64,000 bases of DNA from Antechinus flavipes (GCF_016432865.1 NC_067398.1:25916001-25980000), one strand, 5' to 3'. Positions 49,560 through 63,210 are shown, numbered from the stretch's first letter. Translations and numbers: made by a program. The notes: generated by a model from the sequence alone, not told the origin.

Positions 49560-50265
49560 TATACTAAATTCTAGGTATTCAGAGAAAGGCCAAAAAAAAA
49601 AAAAAGTCACTGTCCTAAAAGAGTTTATACTCTAAGTTTATAATCTAAAGGGCAGACATGTAAATAAAGGAATACATATACTCTAAATGAGAAACGTATT
49701 GAGTAATTGGGAAAAGGCATCCTATGTAAGGAGGATTTTGAGCTAGGTCTTACAGAAAGACAAGGAAAGACAGGGGTGGAAGTAAGGGAGCAAAGCATTC
49801 CAGGAATGGCAGGCTTACAAGGGCTGATTGATAAAGAGATCAGTGTAGCTGGAATACAGAGTATAATACAGATGGAATACAGAAGGGTGTAAAATATAAG
49901 ATTGGAAAGGACCATGTTGTGAAGGGCGCTTAATGCCAAACAGACGTCATTATATTTGATAATGGAAGCAAGAGAGACGTTAATTAGGAAAAGAATGCCT
50001 AGGCAATGAAAGAGGGTTTGAAGTAGGAATAAACTTGAGGAAAGAACTTTAAAATGCTATTGGAATAGTCCAGATCCAAGAGATCTAAAATGGAAGAAGA
50101 GAAAGGGAATGGAAAGAACCAGACAGATAGGAAAATATTGTGAAGATTGAAATAAATTTGGCAGTGGATTGGATAATAAATGCCCACTGATCCATGTAAC
50201 AATGATCTACTCTATTGAGTGGCAGGTATATATCTGCCATGGTGGAAACTTTCTCTATCAGTGAA
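49560..50265 (-). mobile_element. L2 fragment
   Basis: GGAGGATTTTGAGCTAGGTCTT..GAGCAAAGCATTCCAGGAATGG..TGCTATTGGAATAGTCCAG. Confidence 0.8.
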
Positions 50266-50569
50266 AAACAGACCATTATTCTTTAACTTATATTATTAAA
50301 AATTAACACAGAAGAATGGGGTGAAAGAGGAACAAAGAGATTAAGTGGTATGTAGTGCAAAAGTGAAAAATTGTATCTGTATGGGTTGATCTGCAAATTA
50401 TTCTCTGCTGCTAAGTGGTTTATTTTACTGATGGCTGCAGATTCATTAGGATGATTAGGATCATTGACTTTAATAAAATTAACTACCTGTGTCTGTATTT
50501 ACTTTTTTTTTTCCTGAGGCTAATTTCTGGAGCTCTTTCACAAACTTTGGTGGCCACCTGCCTCAAGTT

Positions 50570-51430
50570 TCTCCCCATCCCAGCTATCCCCAACTCAGCT
50601 ATCAAACAGATTTTTCTAAAGTACGCATGTGATTGTGGTATCCTCCTTAGTCAATAAACTCCAATGCCTCCCTCTTAGCTCCAGATTCAAATATAAAATC
50701 CTCTGTTTGGCTTTTAAAGATGTTCATAACATGACTTCTTCCTCCATTCCAGTCTCCTTACACTTGACTCCTCACACACACATTCAACAATCCAATGACA
50801 TTGACCTCCTTAATATTCTTCATATGAGACTCTCCATCTCTCCATCCCCAGCCTGGAATTTTCTCCCTCTTTATCTCTACCCCCTAACTGCCTTCCAATC
50901 TCAGTTAAAATCACAGTTTCTTGGGAGGAGAGGGAAAAGAGAAGGGAACAAGCACCTACTATGTGTCATCACTCTACTAAGCAGCACTTTTGATCTCATT
51001 TGATGTTCACAACAACCCTGTGAAGTAGCTGCTATTATAATCTCCACTTTACTGTTGAGATAACTGAGGCAGACAGTGCTTGAGTGACTTCTCCATATCA
51101 CAGCGCTAGCAAGTGTCTGAAGCCACATTTGAACTCAGTTCCTCCTGATTCCAGGCCAAGTACTCTTACCTATAATGTCACAGAGCTACCTCAAACATTC
51201 TTGAAGAAGCCTTCCCTGCTCATCCTTAATATTAGTGCCTTTCCCCCGAGGTTTTCTCCAATTTATTTTGTCTATCTTCTTTTACAATTATTTGCATTCT
51301 CCATTAGACTATGAGATCTTTGAGAACAGAGTTTTTCTTTTCCTTTTTTTGGAGGGAGAAGGGGGATTGTTATCTCCATAATTTAGCACAGGCACATATT
51401 GGTCTTAATAAATGTTGATTGACTTGACTT
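50570..51430 (+). mobile_element. L2 3' region with a nested SINE at about 50950-51195 (-)
   Basis: CTCCAATGCCTCCCTCTTAGCTCCAGATTCAAATATAAAATCCTCTGTTTGGC..CCATTAGACTATGAGATCTTTGAG. Confidence 0.85.
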
Positions 51431-51950
51431 GAAAGAAATTATACCATGTCTAAAAGGAAGTTCTTGAGCATCCCACAAAGTAGAGTAATGAACTTCTAGC
51501 AACCAGAAATTGTTACCCCTAGTCAATTCTTGTTTCAAAGACTCTAAAGTAATTTCATGCTATTTACAAATAAGGCAATTTTGCCCTGGACTTTGTGTGT
51601 ACAGAGAGAGTCTATGGAAGAGTGTGTCATACATGCAGGGGAGATGCCCTTTCCAAAAGCTCCATCAGGCTAACTAAGTAACAATTAGCTAATAATTCTG
51701 GGGAGAAGACACCAGAATGAGGTCTCAAGCCAAAAGCATAAAAAGATTCCCACAACTATATTAGGAGTCCTAGAATGCTGAGGGGGAGACCGATCCCTGC
51801 TCTAAGGGATGCGATTCAATTGTAAGAACAGATAAGGCTCCTCGGAGTGTAGAAGAACCCAGTTTAGGGTAGGTACTTCTGCAGGCAAAGCTGTTCACAA
51901 ACCATAAAGCGCTAATCTAAAAAATATTATTTTGATTCGAAATAGACAAA

Positions 51951-52203
51951 GGACAGCTATGTGGCAAAGTAGATGGAGTAGCAATACGAGACACAGAAAG
52001 ACTCATCTTCTTTAATTCTAATCTGACCTGGTGCTTACTAGCTATGAGATCCTGGGTAAGTCATTTAACCCTATTTACTTCAGTTCCTCAATAGCAAAAT
52101 GGGCTGGAGAAGGAAATGGCAAACCACTTCAGTATCTCTGCCAAGAAAACCCCAAATGGGGTCACAAAGAATCAGACATAACTGAAATGCCTGAACAACA
52201 ACA
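51951..52203 (+). mobile_element. Mar1-type SINE, near full length
   Basis: GGAGAAGGAAATGGCAAACCACTTCAGTATCTCTGCCAAGAAAACCCCAAATGGGGTCAC..AACAACA. Confidence 0.92.
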
Positions 52204-54457
52204 AAGCCCCTAGGGAAAAACTCAGACTTTTCTCTAGGACAGTATAAGGTTATTCCAGTCCACATGAAGGAAGCCAAGCAGAAAGCCTGGAGAAATTGCT
52301 CTGATTCACTGCACCCTCGCGCTCTCACCAAACAGAAGAATTGTCTCCAGGGAGGAGGTCAAATTCCAGTAGCCCAACTGTCTATTTGCCAGTGGTATGT
52401 TTGAGATGCAAAAATGGCCCAGTCATCCAACCTTTCTGCCCGCTCTTCTAAGACACAGAAAGTTCCAAGGGAAAGAAAAACAAACAAACAAAAAAAAAAA
52501 ACAGCCTCAAGAGTTAACAAATTAAAGCAGTTTCTTCAGTTGCAGAGTGGAAGACACAGAGTGGATCCAATCAGAACGACTCAATTCGATTCAAACATTT
52601 ATTAAGTATTTCCTCTATGCCAGGTTCTGGCTGAGGCTTCAACGCAGAAACAATCCTTGCCCTCAATGGGCATTCTACTACCAGTACTGCATCAGACTCC
52701 AACCAGACTCAAGACAGGTCCAAAAAAAAAAAAAAAAGAAAAAAGCCAATTCTTGTTTCAAAGACTCTGAAGTAATTTCCCCATCAGATTCTAAAGTATT
52801 TCTGTCCTCAAAGAAGCTCCAGCATCTGCCAGACAGTGATCTATCCTGTCCTGCCACCTCTTCATGATGCTCCTTTGACTTTCTCAGTGGGCAGCTTGGC
52901 TCCCAAGGGCCCCTGGCTTTGCCTGTTTTGAATGACAATCTAAGAATCCACAAGGTACCAAGGGACCTTTGAGGAACCTTTATTCCCAGAATGTGAGAGA
53001 CTCAAGAAACCTAGAGATGGTCTAATTTTCAGGACCTGAGGACCATGAGAGGGTGGTCAGCTATCATCTAGATGTGGACTCGGGGACCTAGAGCAACAAG
53101 AAACCTTGGAGAGTCACTGGTCCAACCTCTGCATTTCATAGACAAGTCTCAGAATTGGAGTGTGCGCCAACAGGAATAGGAACCAGTTGTTCTGGTTCTC
53201 CAAAAGAACAGTAGAGGGTTCAAATGATACATCTCTATGGAGAGTACTTTGCAAAACCTTAACATGCTATATAAATGTTAGCTATTATTACATCACTAAC
53301 AATATCACATAGGACTTCCACCTCAGCCCTTCAAGCAGAGATGATTATTTCTATTTACTGAGGCACATCTTTTACCATTTCAGAATACTCCAAAACCTAT
53401 ATGCACCAACTTAGTACAACATATGCACATGAACACATGTACTCACACACACGTACACGTGATAATTTAACATATAGACATGGGATTGAGAGGGACGTTA
53501 GATCTCATTTAATCCAGCACCATCATGTTTCAGAGGAGGGAGAAGAAGGCAGGGAAAGTCACACAATAATCTACCACGAGCCGCACCCTGGCTTCCTATG
53601 TCCCAATCCAGTGAAGTCCAAATGGAATAATTTATCAAGGGCATCTTATGCTAAACACACCTCAGTTATTTTTAGCCCCCATTCTGGAAGACCAACTGAT
53701 AAGCCACCCCATTTGACTACCAGTATGAGAGAAAAGGCAGAGGTACCCAGGGTCACAGAGCCAGGCACCCCAGAGGGAGAGTTGCCTCTTTGGAATGCCC
53801 CTTCATCTGGGTTAAAGAAATGAAACTGAGGAATCAGTAAAAGAGTGAGGTCTCCTACTGACTAGTGGCCTGTGTGACCCCAGAGAGAGCATTTAACCTT
53901 TCTCAGCCAGAGGTACCTCACCTCTAAAAGGAAAGTGTTAGAAGAAATGATTTCTACGATCTATTCCAGCCTAAAATCTATGTTTCTCTTCTGTTCCTCC
54001 TTATGGTCCCAGAGAACTATGTACATAATAGATGTTCAATAAATATTTTTTGAATGAATAAATGTCAAACTCACAGACATTAATTTCAGCAGTGTGGACC
54101 TGGGTCACATCCTCCACAATCCAGATAAATTTAATGTCAGCCTTGGAATACATGAAAATGTTCCAACCTGCTCTTCCCTAGGACCTTCACATTCCTAATC
54201 TCTAGCCAGATGTCACTTCCCTCAGGCAGATAAACAATGACAAACTTTTAAGAGTTCTTTAAAGTCCTTAGTTGTGGTCCGAGTTTCCTTATTTCTCATA
54301 GATCTGAGTGATTTCTAGTTCTCTTTTTAGGTGTAACTCTCCTTATGGACTCAATCTCACCATGTTATTGGGGTGTAATTTACATGTGATACCCCAGAGA
54401 AAGATCCAGACCACTTTTGAGGGGCCCTGGGAGAAAACTGCTAGCCTAGAATAGACC

Positions 54458-54670
54458 CTACCTACATTTCTGGAGAGTTGAGAGAAGGAAATCCCCTCTT
54501 TCACCAGCTGGCCCACCAGGAAATTGTTTGGAAGTCAGTTTTTTCCTGAGGTTGGCCAGACCGTACACAGTGTGAGAAGGCAGGTTGTCTCTGGGGATCT
54601 GAACAACCTCACCAGCCAAATCAAGCTGTGATGGGTCGACCACATGATCGCCGACAGGAAATCTCTGTGA
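54458..54670. other. Unique GC-richer, CpG-retaining block with an open minus-strand frame
   Basis: 4 CpG in 100 bp; peptide not recognised. Confidence 0.2.
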
Positions 54671-55104
54671 ACTTGTGGCATTCTGGTATATGTGTGTTTA
54701 CTATATGACTTGCTTTGTTTCAAAACACAGCACATCCTAGCTCTTACACCCCAATGGCTAACAAAAAACTGGCTTAAATTTCCTCCCTCTAATTCCTTCC
54801 AACTTAGTCGATCTTTAGCTTAAGAAACAAGAATTTTCTAGCTAAAGTATATTGTTTAGAAAGAAGAGAAATACTGGTTTCAGGTCAGAATGGTGAAATC
54901 TCACCTCCCCCTCACCTTAATGAGGGGTCTTTATATTAACATAACCCATGTCAACTAATCAATCAATTCTAGATCAAATAGAAAATATTGTTTACATCAT
55001 TATTTCTTTTAAAAAATTACAATCTTGAACCACTATCTTATCTTAACAAATAATAACAACTGATGTTCACAGAATGCTTTAAGATTTGCAAAAGCAATTT
55101 ACAT

Positions 55105-55710
55105 ACAAGCATTAACAAAGTGCCCACTATACATGCCAGGGAATATGCTAGGCTAGAAATAAGAGGAAAAATTCAAAAGCAGTCCTCACCCTCAAGAAAC
55201 TTACATTTTTTGGTGTGAAACATATAAAATAAATTCAAAGCAATTTCCAGAAAAAAGGACACTCATCAACCGCTGGGGAAATCGAGAAAGGCTTCCTGTA
55301 GGAGATGGTATCTAAGCTAAGCTTTGAAGGAAACTTAGCATTTCCAACTGACAAAGGTCCCAGGCCTGGAATAAACTCCATCCTCATCCCTGCTTTTCAG
55401 AACCTTCTGCTTCCTTTCAAAGTCCAGCTCAGATATCTATTCTTCCAATAAGTTATCTCTGAGTCATCCAACCTCTTGCAAATATCCTTTCTCTCCTCAA
55501 ATTTTCTTAAAACACTTTCTCAGAGTCTCTTCTTTTACATTCTACCTTGCTTACAATCCTCTCTGGGACATCCTATATTTTTCCCCCAACCATCTCCCAC
55601 CTTTTGAGGGCAGGAAACATAGACACCCCTCCACCCCCACCCTTGTATTCCTTGCAACTATCATACAGTTAGTGACTTACACACATTCACTTAATAAATT
55701 CTTGTTGAAT
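55105..55710. mobile_element. Two L2 3' fragments in opposite orientation (55105-55350 minus, 55360-55710 plus)
   Basis: AAGCATTAACAAAGTGCCCACTAT on the left; TTAATAAATTCTTGTTGAAT on the right. Confidence 0.6.
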
Positions 55711-56514
55711 CTAAGTTATATATGAGAAAAAAAGTGCAAATATGTTTGCTTTGCAGCATGGGGAATTTAATGAGATACAACACTTTTGGATAGTTGGGAT
55801 AGGAAATCCTTGGAAGAGTGCCTGGGGGAGCTTACAACATCACTTTGGGAGAATCATTAGATGGCTTCCATTCTATGGAGAAGGCTAGGTGTTCTGATGG
55901 AAACTGCACTGTTGCTGTTTTTGTGAAAAGGTATTGAACGTAAAATTCGAAAAGCCAAGCATCCTGAGCATCTAAACAAAAATGAGACATCTCTCCAAAT
56001 TCAGTGAGTTTACATTATATTAGAGAAGCTAATCTTTACCCTAGGAAAATTAATTAGCCTCTCTGGGCCTCAGTTCCTCATCTGTAAAATCCAGGAATTT
56101 GCCTAGATGACCTTATATCCCTTCCATGGCTAACTATATAACTGTTTTTGTAGTTTAAAAAAATTCATCAATTAAAAAAAATCAAATACACCAAACCTAC
56201 AATTACCTTCTTTCAAAAAGCACCAATCCCTACATTTCTTTGTTCAATCAATTCTTTGCTCCTTATGGTTCATTTTCTTCATTTATAAAACACCCTCAGA
56301 TGAGCTCAGAGCTCCAGAGCAGTTCCAGAATTCCTATGATACCTGAATCTCAAGAACAAGTATAATTGTTCAAAAAAAAAACCCAATAATATTAATAATA
56401 TGAAAATACCAAACAATAACATTCATAACAACAATGTTAGCCAGCAACTACTTTGGCTATTATAGAGTTTATAATGTGCTTAGGGGTAACAACCTGAGTG
56501 ACAAAGGTCTGAAA

Positions 56515-56692
56515 CAGGGGAACTTGTGAGCTTGTGTGTGATTTTTAAAAAATACATTTTGATAACTGCATTTCTATATAATTCATTTCCTTTGTATTTT
56601 CTTTTATGAATTTAACTACATTATTCTGAGAAGTTTTGAGAAGGACTCTCTAGGCTTCCCCAGTCTGCCACAGAAAAGGTTAAGAGTCCCCG
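56515..56692 (-). mobile_element. hAT/Charlie-type non-autonomous DNA transposon fragment
   Basis: TTTGATAACTGCATTTC..ACATTATTCTGAGAAG..CCAGTCTGCCA..AAAAGGTTAAGAGTCCC. Confidence 0.65.
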
Positions 56693-58814
56693 GCCCGAAG
56701 GATGTATTTGTGCTTGGTTGAAAACCCATGACATCAAGTTTATTTAAAGTACTCCTGAGCCCCATTACACATTTCCTGAAATAATCGGTCACATCACTGC
56801 AATCATTTTATTGTGCCTAAATGACAAGGTACAATGGAAAACACTCACCTCGGTGACAAAAGAAAACCCTCCTTACTTCCTATACAGCCTTTGTACCAGA
56901 TAGGACAACCACATCAACTTGACCAAAGATGCCACAGGCCGAGGTTAATAGCAGGAACCCTCTCCTGTTGTAATATCCTGTCATGTTTAACTCATTCATT
57001 CAAAAGAAACTAAATCAGGAAAAAAACAACTGGTACTAATAAGATTTTTTTTTTTTTTACAAACTTAATTTAAAAAAAAAAAATAAGGTATGCCTTACGA
57101 CAGCCTATTACCTACAAGACTTTCTTAGGTACTTAAAATTTTAAAGGCATATTTTATGACAGCTTTGTGAATGGGGATAAATAGAACTTACTGGTCCACT
57201 TTTTCCTGTTTGGATTTTTTTTTAAACCTTGCTCTGTTTTCCAGGCCATACACACAGTGAAAATAAAATAATTATCCTTCTCTAGAGGAAGCTCTCCAGA
57301 GGTCCAGAAAAGCCATTTTGTGTATATTCTTTATAGAGTTGGCAACTGTAGGAACAACATAGCCTGGAGCAGTGGGAAGAACATTGGCCTGCAGCCAGTA
57401 AAAAGAGGTTCAAATCCCACCTTTGAAGTTTGACTACCAATGGGACTTTAGGCCCTCTTAAGCCACCTGAGACTCAGTTTCCTCATTTATAAATTGAGGG
57501 AATTGGACTAGAAGAGGTTCCTCCCATCTCTAAGGCTAGGAGTCGAAAGCCTATTCTCATCAGTCTACACATGTTTTGAGGTAAGGAAATAATACATTTT
57601 AAGATGCCTTGTACTTACTCTAGGGAAATCAATAATTGGACAGATAGCCAATAGGACAACAGGACAAATTATAAGCAACTAGAATTAGTGCCCTGCTTCT
57701 GGTCATTGCTTATTTATTTCCAGGCCCAGAGGAGCAACTAACTAATTCTGAAGCCTGAAGCTTGAGCACACTCCTGCGTGTACACACACATACACACACA
57801 CACACACACCAGTGAGAATAGCTTGAAAGGTAGTTTTAAATCAGCTAAGAATCTCAGGTTCCTCTTCTGTAAAAAGAAAGGATTGGACAAGATGGCCTCT
57901 GAGCTTCTCTCTACTCTAAATCTATCATCCATGTCATCATAGACAAATTCGTTTGAGAGGGGAGGCTTCTATTAGATCAAACCTCAGATCTCGGGACACA
58001 AGGCCCCGTGGGGGAAGAGAATCTAGGACAACATCCCATAGAGAGAAGACAGAGATTAAGGCCATTGAAGGGGAAGTCACCAAAGAGGAAGGGAGCCAGG
58101 CTAGAAGTCCCCTTGGGATAGAGCTTCCAGGAGGTTTCCAATTTTAACTAATTATGTTGTTAACCAGGTGCCAAGCTCATTTAACCCTAACCAAGGAGTT
58201 TACAGTTCTATGAGCACCTACTACATTTCGATGGAGAAATCTCTACCACTCTACCCTAGTTATGAGTCTAGTTAGTCCATAATGAATAGTCTACTTTAAA
58301 TATGCTATCTCTAGTGACATGAAAAAAAGTTCATTTTTTTCACACCAACTTGTGGAGATAATTTCAGTATCTCACATTCATTTTTTTTAAACTGTTCATT
58401 TTAAGTGACAATTTAATTCACTACATAAACTGCCACCTATTTGTTCACATCCTTTATGAGTACTTAAAATCTTCCTTGAATATGGCATGCCCCTTTAAAA
58501 ACAATGAATAATGAAAAGAATCTATTTCTGTGGGTTACAAGTCTGAAGCCTTCCCAGGATGAGTTCAAAGAGGCTAGGGTTAAAGAATAATCTGAGATTC
58601 AAGGCCATATACTCAATACCTCCAGTATAGACATTACCAAGCATGTCCTAGAAGCTAAAAAAAAAAAATGTATTTCTTACCACTGATGCTTTTATACCAT
58701 CTACACTGCAGTCACTGGGCATAAATGGAGAAGAAATGAGAAAAATTTCAAGTAGTAAAGCCATAACCAAGAATCCAAAAAAACTCCTATACTTTCCCCA
58801 TTTTCCCCCATTCA

Positions 58815-59085
58815 AATTTATTTTTTCTTTAGAATTAATTTTTTAAATTGAATTTTGAGTTCTCTCCCTTCCCTACCATGAAGAAGGCAAGTGACAGGAT
58901 ATCAGTTCCATATTCCCACATTAACCATGTTGTCAACAACAACCAAACAGGCAAGAAAAATAAAGTGAAAAGAGTCTGCTTCAATCTGCACTCAGAGATT
59001 ATTCAGTTCTCTCTCTGGGGATGGAAAGCATTTTTCAACAGAAGTCCTTTGGAATTGTCTTGAATTGTTATATTGATCAGAAACT
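58815..59085 (-). mobile_element. L1 3' end fragment
   Basis: TTTTGAGTTCTCTCCCTTCCC..TGCTTCAATCTGCACTCAGAG..TCCTTTGGAATTGTCTTG. Confidence 0.8.
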
Positions 59086-60603
59086 GCTATGATTATAAGA
59101 AATTAGGCATTGCCCTAGTGCCTGGGTGCCACCAAGCCATGCTGATTATCAACCTGCCTTTCTGGATCCACATCCCTTCTCTGTAATATCCGGGCTAGCT
59201 TTGTCTGGAGTCTGGAGTTTGAGTTCTAGCACACTCTCACTCAAGTCTCTCTAGAGTCTGCTTATTTCAACTCCTCTCAGCCATTATATACTTTAGTACA
59301 ATTACAGCACTACAGCACACTGAGCATGTGCCACTTGTAGAACCATTACATCACCATATTAAGTATTAAGTATATGTGAACTAGAGAACCATCATCTCAT
59401 CAATCACAGTGAGTTAACACCCTGTTCTAAGTATCTTTGCTTCAAGTATACTTTCCCAGAGTTCTGGCCCTCTACACTTCCCCTAAAGACTCTTAATCCC
59501 TCTTGACGACTTAGAATCTTCAAAGCCCATCAAAGGACAGGGAACCCTAGGCAAAATAAAAGGACTCTTGAAATGCTATGTCAGATTCTCAGGCCCCCTT
59601 CTTTAAGGCTCTATTTGGCCTTGGACCCCAGCTCTGGTGGTTAAGTTTTTACCTCATCCATTGTAATCAAGCTTCAACCAAAGTTCCAACAACCATATTT
59701 CTGTCTATTCCTCTTATGTATAAGCCTTGACCTCTTTAGAAATTGAATGGAATTTGGGAAGAACTAAGCTGTACCTAGGGAAACACTGGTTTTAGACCAT
59801 GTGGAATTAGTATCTTAGCTCAAGAACAAGACAGAGAAAGGGTTTGAGAGGCAGGGACGCAGCTGGATAACTAGTCTCAGTGGCCACACCAAATAAGAGT
59901 CAAGAATCTGAGCAGGAAGACAACATAAATAAAAGATGGCACAGATCAAAACACAACAGCACACCTAAGAGCTTAAATACCACCAAGGTGGAGGGTTTCT
60001 GAGGCAAGCTTCTCATTAAATTCATTTCCTGCTAGCTCAGGGACTAGCAGCTGGACCTTGGCCCACAGGGCAAATAAAGTGGCTGCAATTGGCAGAGGAG
60101 GAGGCAAAGAGAGTGTGTCTGTTGCAGGTGGAATCTAATAGGAACATCTATATCTCATTCAGCTTCATCTATAGACATGATATTTCTGAAGCTGGTTGAG
60201 TCTACACAGTCAATTATAAGAAGACAAACAACACTAAGATTCTATTGATTGGATTTACTCTTTTGTTCTATTACAGAGGCAAAGCATAAGTGATCAAGCA
60301 GGTCAGAGAGTAAACAAGTATTTATTTAGTGCTTATTATGAGTCAAGTTCTGAGGAATCAGAGAAAGACAAATCATGGCCCCTAGCCTCAATGAGCTCAT
60401 GGGAAAGTTCAATATGGAAAGTAACATCCAAATAACCATCCATATTTAAGCTACATGCAGAGTGGATGGAAGGTATTCTCAAAAAGAAGGTACTACACTT
60501 CTGACAAAAGTACCCTTGAAATAGGTTAGTCTGAAGATATTTGGCTTAATTCTGGATAAAGAGAAGAACAGGGTTGGCTTCTTCTGGATAAGAGCTCAAA
60601 CAA

Positions 60604-60759
60604 NNNNNNNNNNNNNNNNNNNNNNNNNNNNNNNNNNNNNNNNNNNNNNNNNNNNNNNNNNNNNNNNNNNNNNNNNNNNNNNNNNNNNNNNNNNNNNNNN
60701 NNNNNNNNNNNNNNNNNNNNNNNNNNNNNNNNNNNNNNNNNNNNNNNNNNNNNNNNNNN
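60604..60759. other. Assembly gap (N)
   Basis: Run of N. Confidence 1.
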
Positions 60760-62464
60760 GTGTGCTGCTCCTTTGCATTGAATCCTTTAGGAATTGAAAC
60801 AACTCTCAATTCTCAAGACCCATCTGCCCTCCAGGATCTTATATTCCATGCCAGAAACAAGAGGAGGGGAATTGTTTCATTTTTGCCCTTTTATGTTCAT
60901 CATCTGGCATAGTGTCTGGCAGATAGAAAATAAATGTTTGGTGATTAGTTGATTGACAAAGACAAGCAAAAATTACTGAATGAATGGATGGATAGATAAA
61001 CAAATGAACAAATATATACAACAACACATACACAGAGCAAGACATGCATCTTAAATGATACGGAATCTATCATGCAGTCAGGAAGAATTGGCTGTGTGAT
61101 TCCTGGTGAGCTGATAAAAGTTTTCCCAGACCTAGGTAATTTCTTAATGCTCTAAATTGAAGAGAAATTTTCATTGATAAAGGAAGTTCCCAAAAAGGAC
61201 ACTTTACCCAGATTAAATCACAGGTCTAATCCCAAAATTACAAAATTACAAAATAATCATAAAGTTATTTCAGTGCTGCACCTGAAAACAAAACCGAATC
61301 AAAGGAAAAATATCCAATCCATTTTGACTCAGAAGGACTTATGTCAGTGTCCAGGGGCAAGTTCACTGTCTCCAGCCAGGGTAGCCTCTGTTTCCAAGTT
61401 AGGTTTCAATCAGTTTTGTTTCTATGCTATCAGTTTCTCTCCCAAGCAAGGAAAAAAGTTTTAGGAAATGGATTTCCCTGGTGGGTTCTGGAAATTAAAG
61501 GAAGAGCATTAGCATTCAGAAAGAATGCAATTTCCCCACAGATTGCATCTACTGTAGGAGCTCGGACAAGCATTCAATCACAGCACATGGAATGCTGAAC
61601 ATGAGAATTGCCACATTCAGACTAATGTTTAATACCATCTGTTTGGGAACCAAATATAAAAACAAAAATAAACAAAACAAGAGTCCTCAGCCCAAGAGAG
61701 GAATATGTAGTCATAAAAAGTGAGGCAACGATGAAAACTCTCTGACAACTGGAAATCAGTTTATGACCGCAGACAATCATTATTGCTCTGTTTGCAGCTG
61801 AGCCGGAAAAATTAAGAATTCTATAGCAAATCAACAAACACTGATTAAGCACCTACTATGTGGAGGGCACTGTGCTGGGAGTTAAGCAATTAGAAAGAAA
61901 AATGCAGCAGTCTCTGCCTTCAAGGGGCTTATACTGGATGGACTTTTTATACAATTAATAGAAAGTGTGTGTAAGGTTAAATAATTGAACTTGAAGAGAG
62001 AAAAATTGTGTGCCTTCTTGAAGTGGGAGGAGGATGAGGAAGGGGCATAGGAGGGATAAAAATCAATTGAAGGCAACACACCCAAGCTGGACTTTGGGAG
62101 AAGCCACGGATTCTGTGAGGCAGAACTACTCACACAGTTGGTCACGGAGTCAGGAAATAAAAATGCTCTGCTGTAACCTAAGTCAATGGGTGGTTGTTGG
62201 ACATTCACCAGCTCTCTGGGTCCGTTTTTCTATGTTTAAAACGAGCAGATCCTACTACTTTATCTCTAAGATTCCTTCTATCTAAGACCCCAGTGATTCA
62301 CACGTATGTGCAGACATGCACATGTGTGTATGTGTGTACAAGCAGGTTATATATCATATATGTCTTTCACATGTATATTTCCTTGTTATTCCTGGATAGT
62401 TGTAAGTGGTATGGTATGTATATCAGATGTGTTTAGAAAATATATATACACATAACCATTTTTG

Positions 62465-62466
62465 TA

Positions 62467-62502
<36 letters not shown>
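62465..62502. repeat. (CA)n microsatellite
   Basis: Direct reading. Confidence 0.95.
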
Positions 62503-62505
<3 letters not shown>

Positions 62506-62658
62506 ATTTTTCCCCTTAACACAGCTCAAGTACTGTTTCCCACAAGGGGTTTTACCTGATTTCCCTCTTCACACTCTCACTCACATACATGGATTTTATG
62601 ATTTATGGATTACTATATGATTCCTACATATGCATATATGGTTTATACATATTTACAT

Positions 62659-63210
62659 AACATATCCCAAAAGGCCTAGTGTAATTTTAAACTTTAATAA
62701 ACTTCAGAAATATAAAAGCTACAAACTTACCAAAAAAAATACATTATTTAAAATTTAATTAGATCCCTATCTTGTTCTCTTATTTAATATTGGAAAATGA
62801 AATATATATATATATATATTTTTTACCTTAATTTTGACAAGATAGAGCTCTCTGTTATTACGCATTGCATAATGCAACAGTTTTGGAGTGACCTGATTGG
62901 CCCATTTGGCCCCCTGATTTCTTGCCATCAGATTATTTTCTTAGGAGGTCACATCAAAACTGTAGGATGTGCATCAAAAGCTTCTTCTTTGGATGATCCT
63001 AAGGTTAGGATTACAAATGCAATCGTTCTAGTCACTGAGCAGCAACTGATGAAAAGTTTTTACAAAATTGAAAAACTGATAGGAGAAATAGCCAACATCA
63101 GTAATGTTTCACTATTTCCAAAATTTAACTAATTAATCTCTCAAATGTAGCATTTATACTTCTGAAGTTATCAAAGCTTGGAACTGCACTAAAACTTCTG
63201 GGACAATGTA
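62659..63210 (+). mobile_element. Internally deleted Tc1/mariner-superfamily DNA transposon with both TIRs
   Basis: TIRs of about 65 bp at 62659-62723 and 63146-63210 are reverse-complementary, with roughly three quarters of bases matching; transposase remnant inside. Confidence 0.85.
62895..63110 (+). pseudogene. Tc1/mariner transposase C-terminal remnant
   Basis: DWPIWPPDFLPSDYFL, then a +1 frameshift at the W codon, then GHIKTVGCASKASSLDDPKVRITNAIVLVTEQQL; matches the WPPRSPDLxPxDFFLWGxxK motif. Confidence 0.85.

Noticed and set aside
52031-52331. ORFs such as GEGNGKPLQYLCQENPKWGH, and MASHSSVFVKK at 48019-48291
   Set aside because: Translations of Mar1 SINE tails.
60541-60594. Short direct repeat TTGGCTT..TTCTGGATAA(A)GAG just left of the gap
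   Set aside because: Adjacent to a contig end, so it may be an assembly artefact; too short to interpret.
62797-63132. 111-aa ORF as a domesticated transposase gene
   Set aside because: The catalytic motif is split across two frames, the N-terminus comes from an AT microsatellite, and most of the transposase is deleted.
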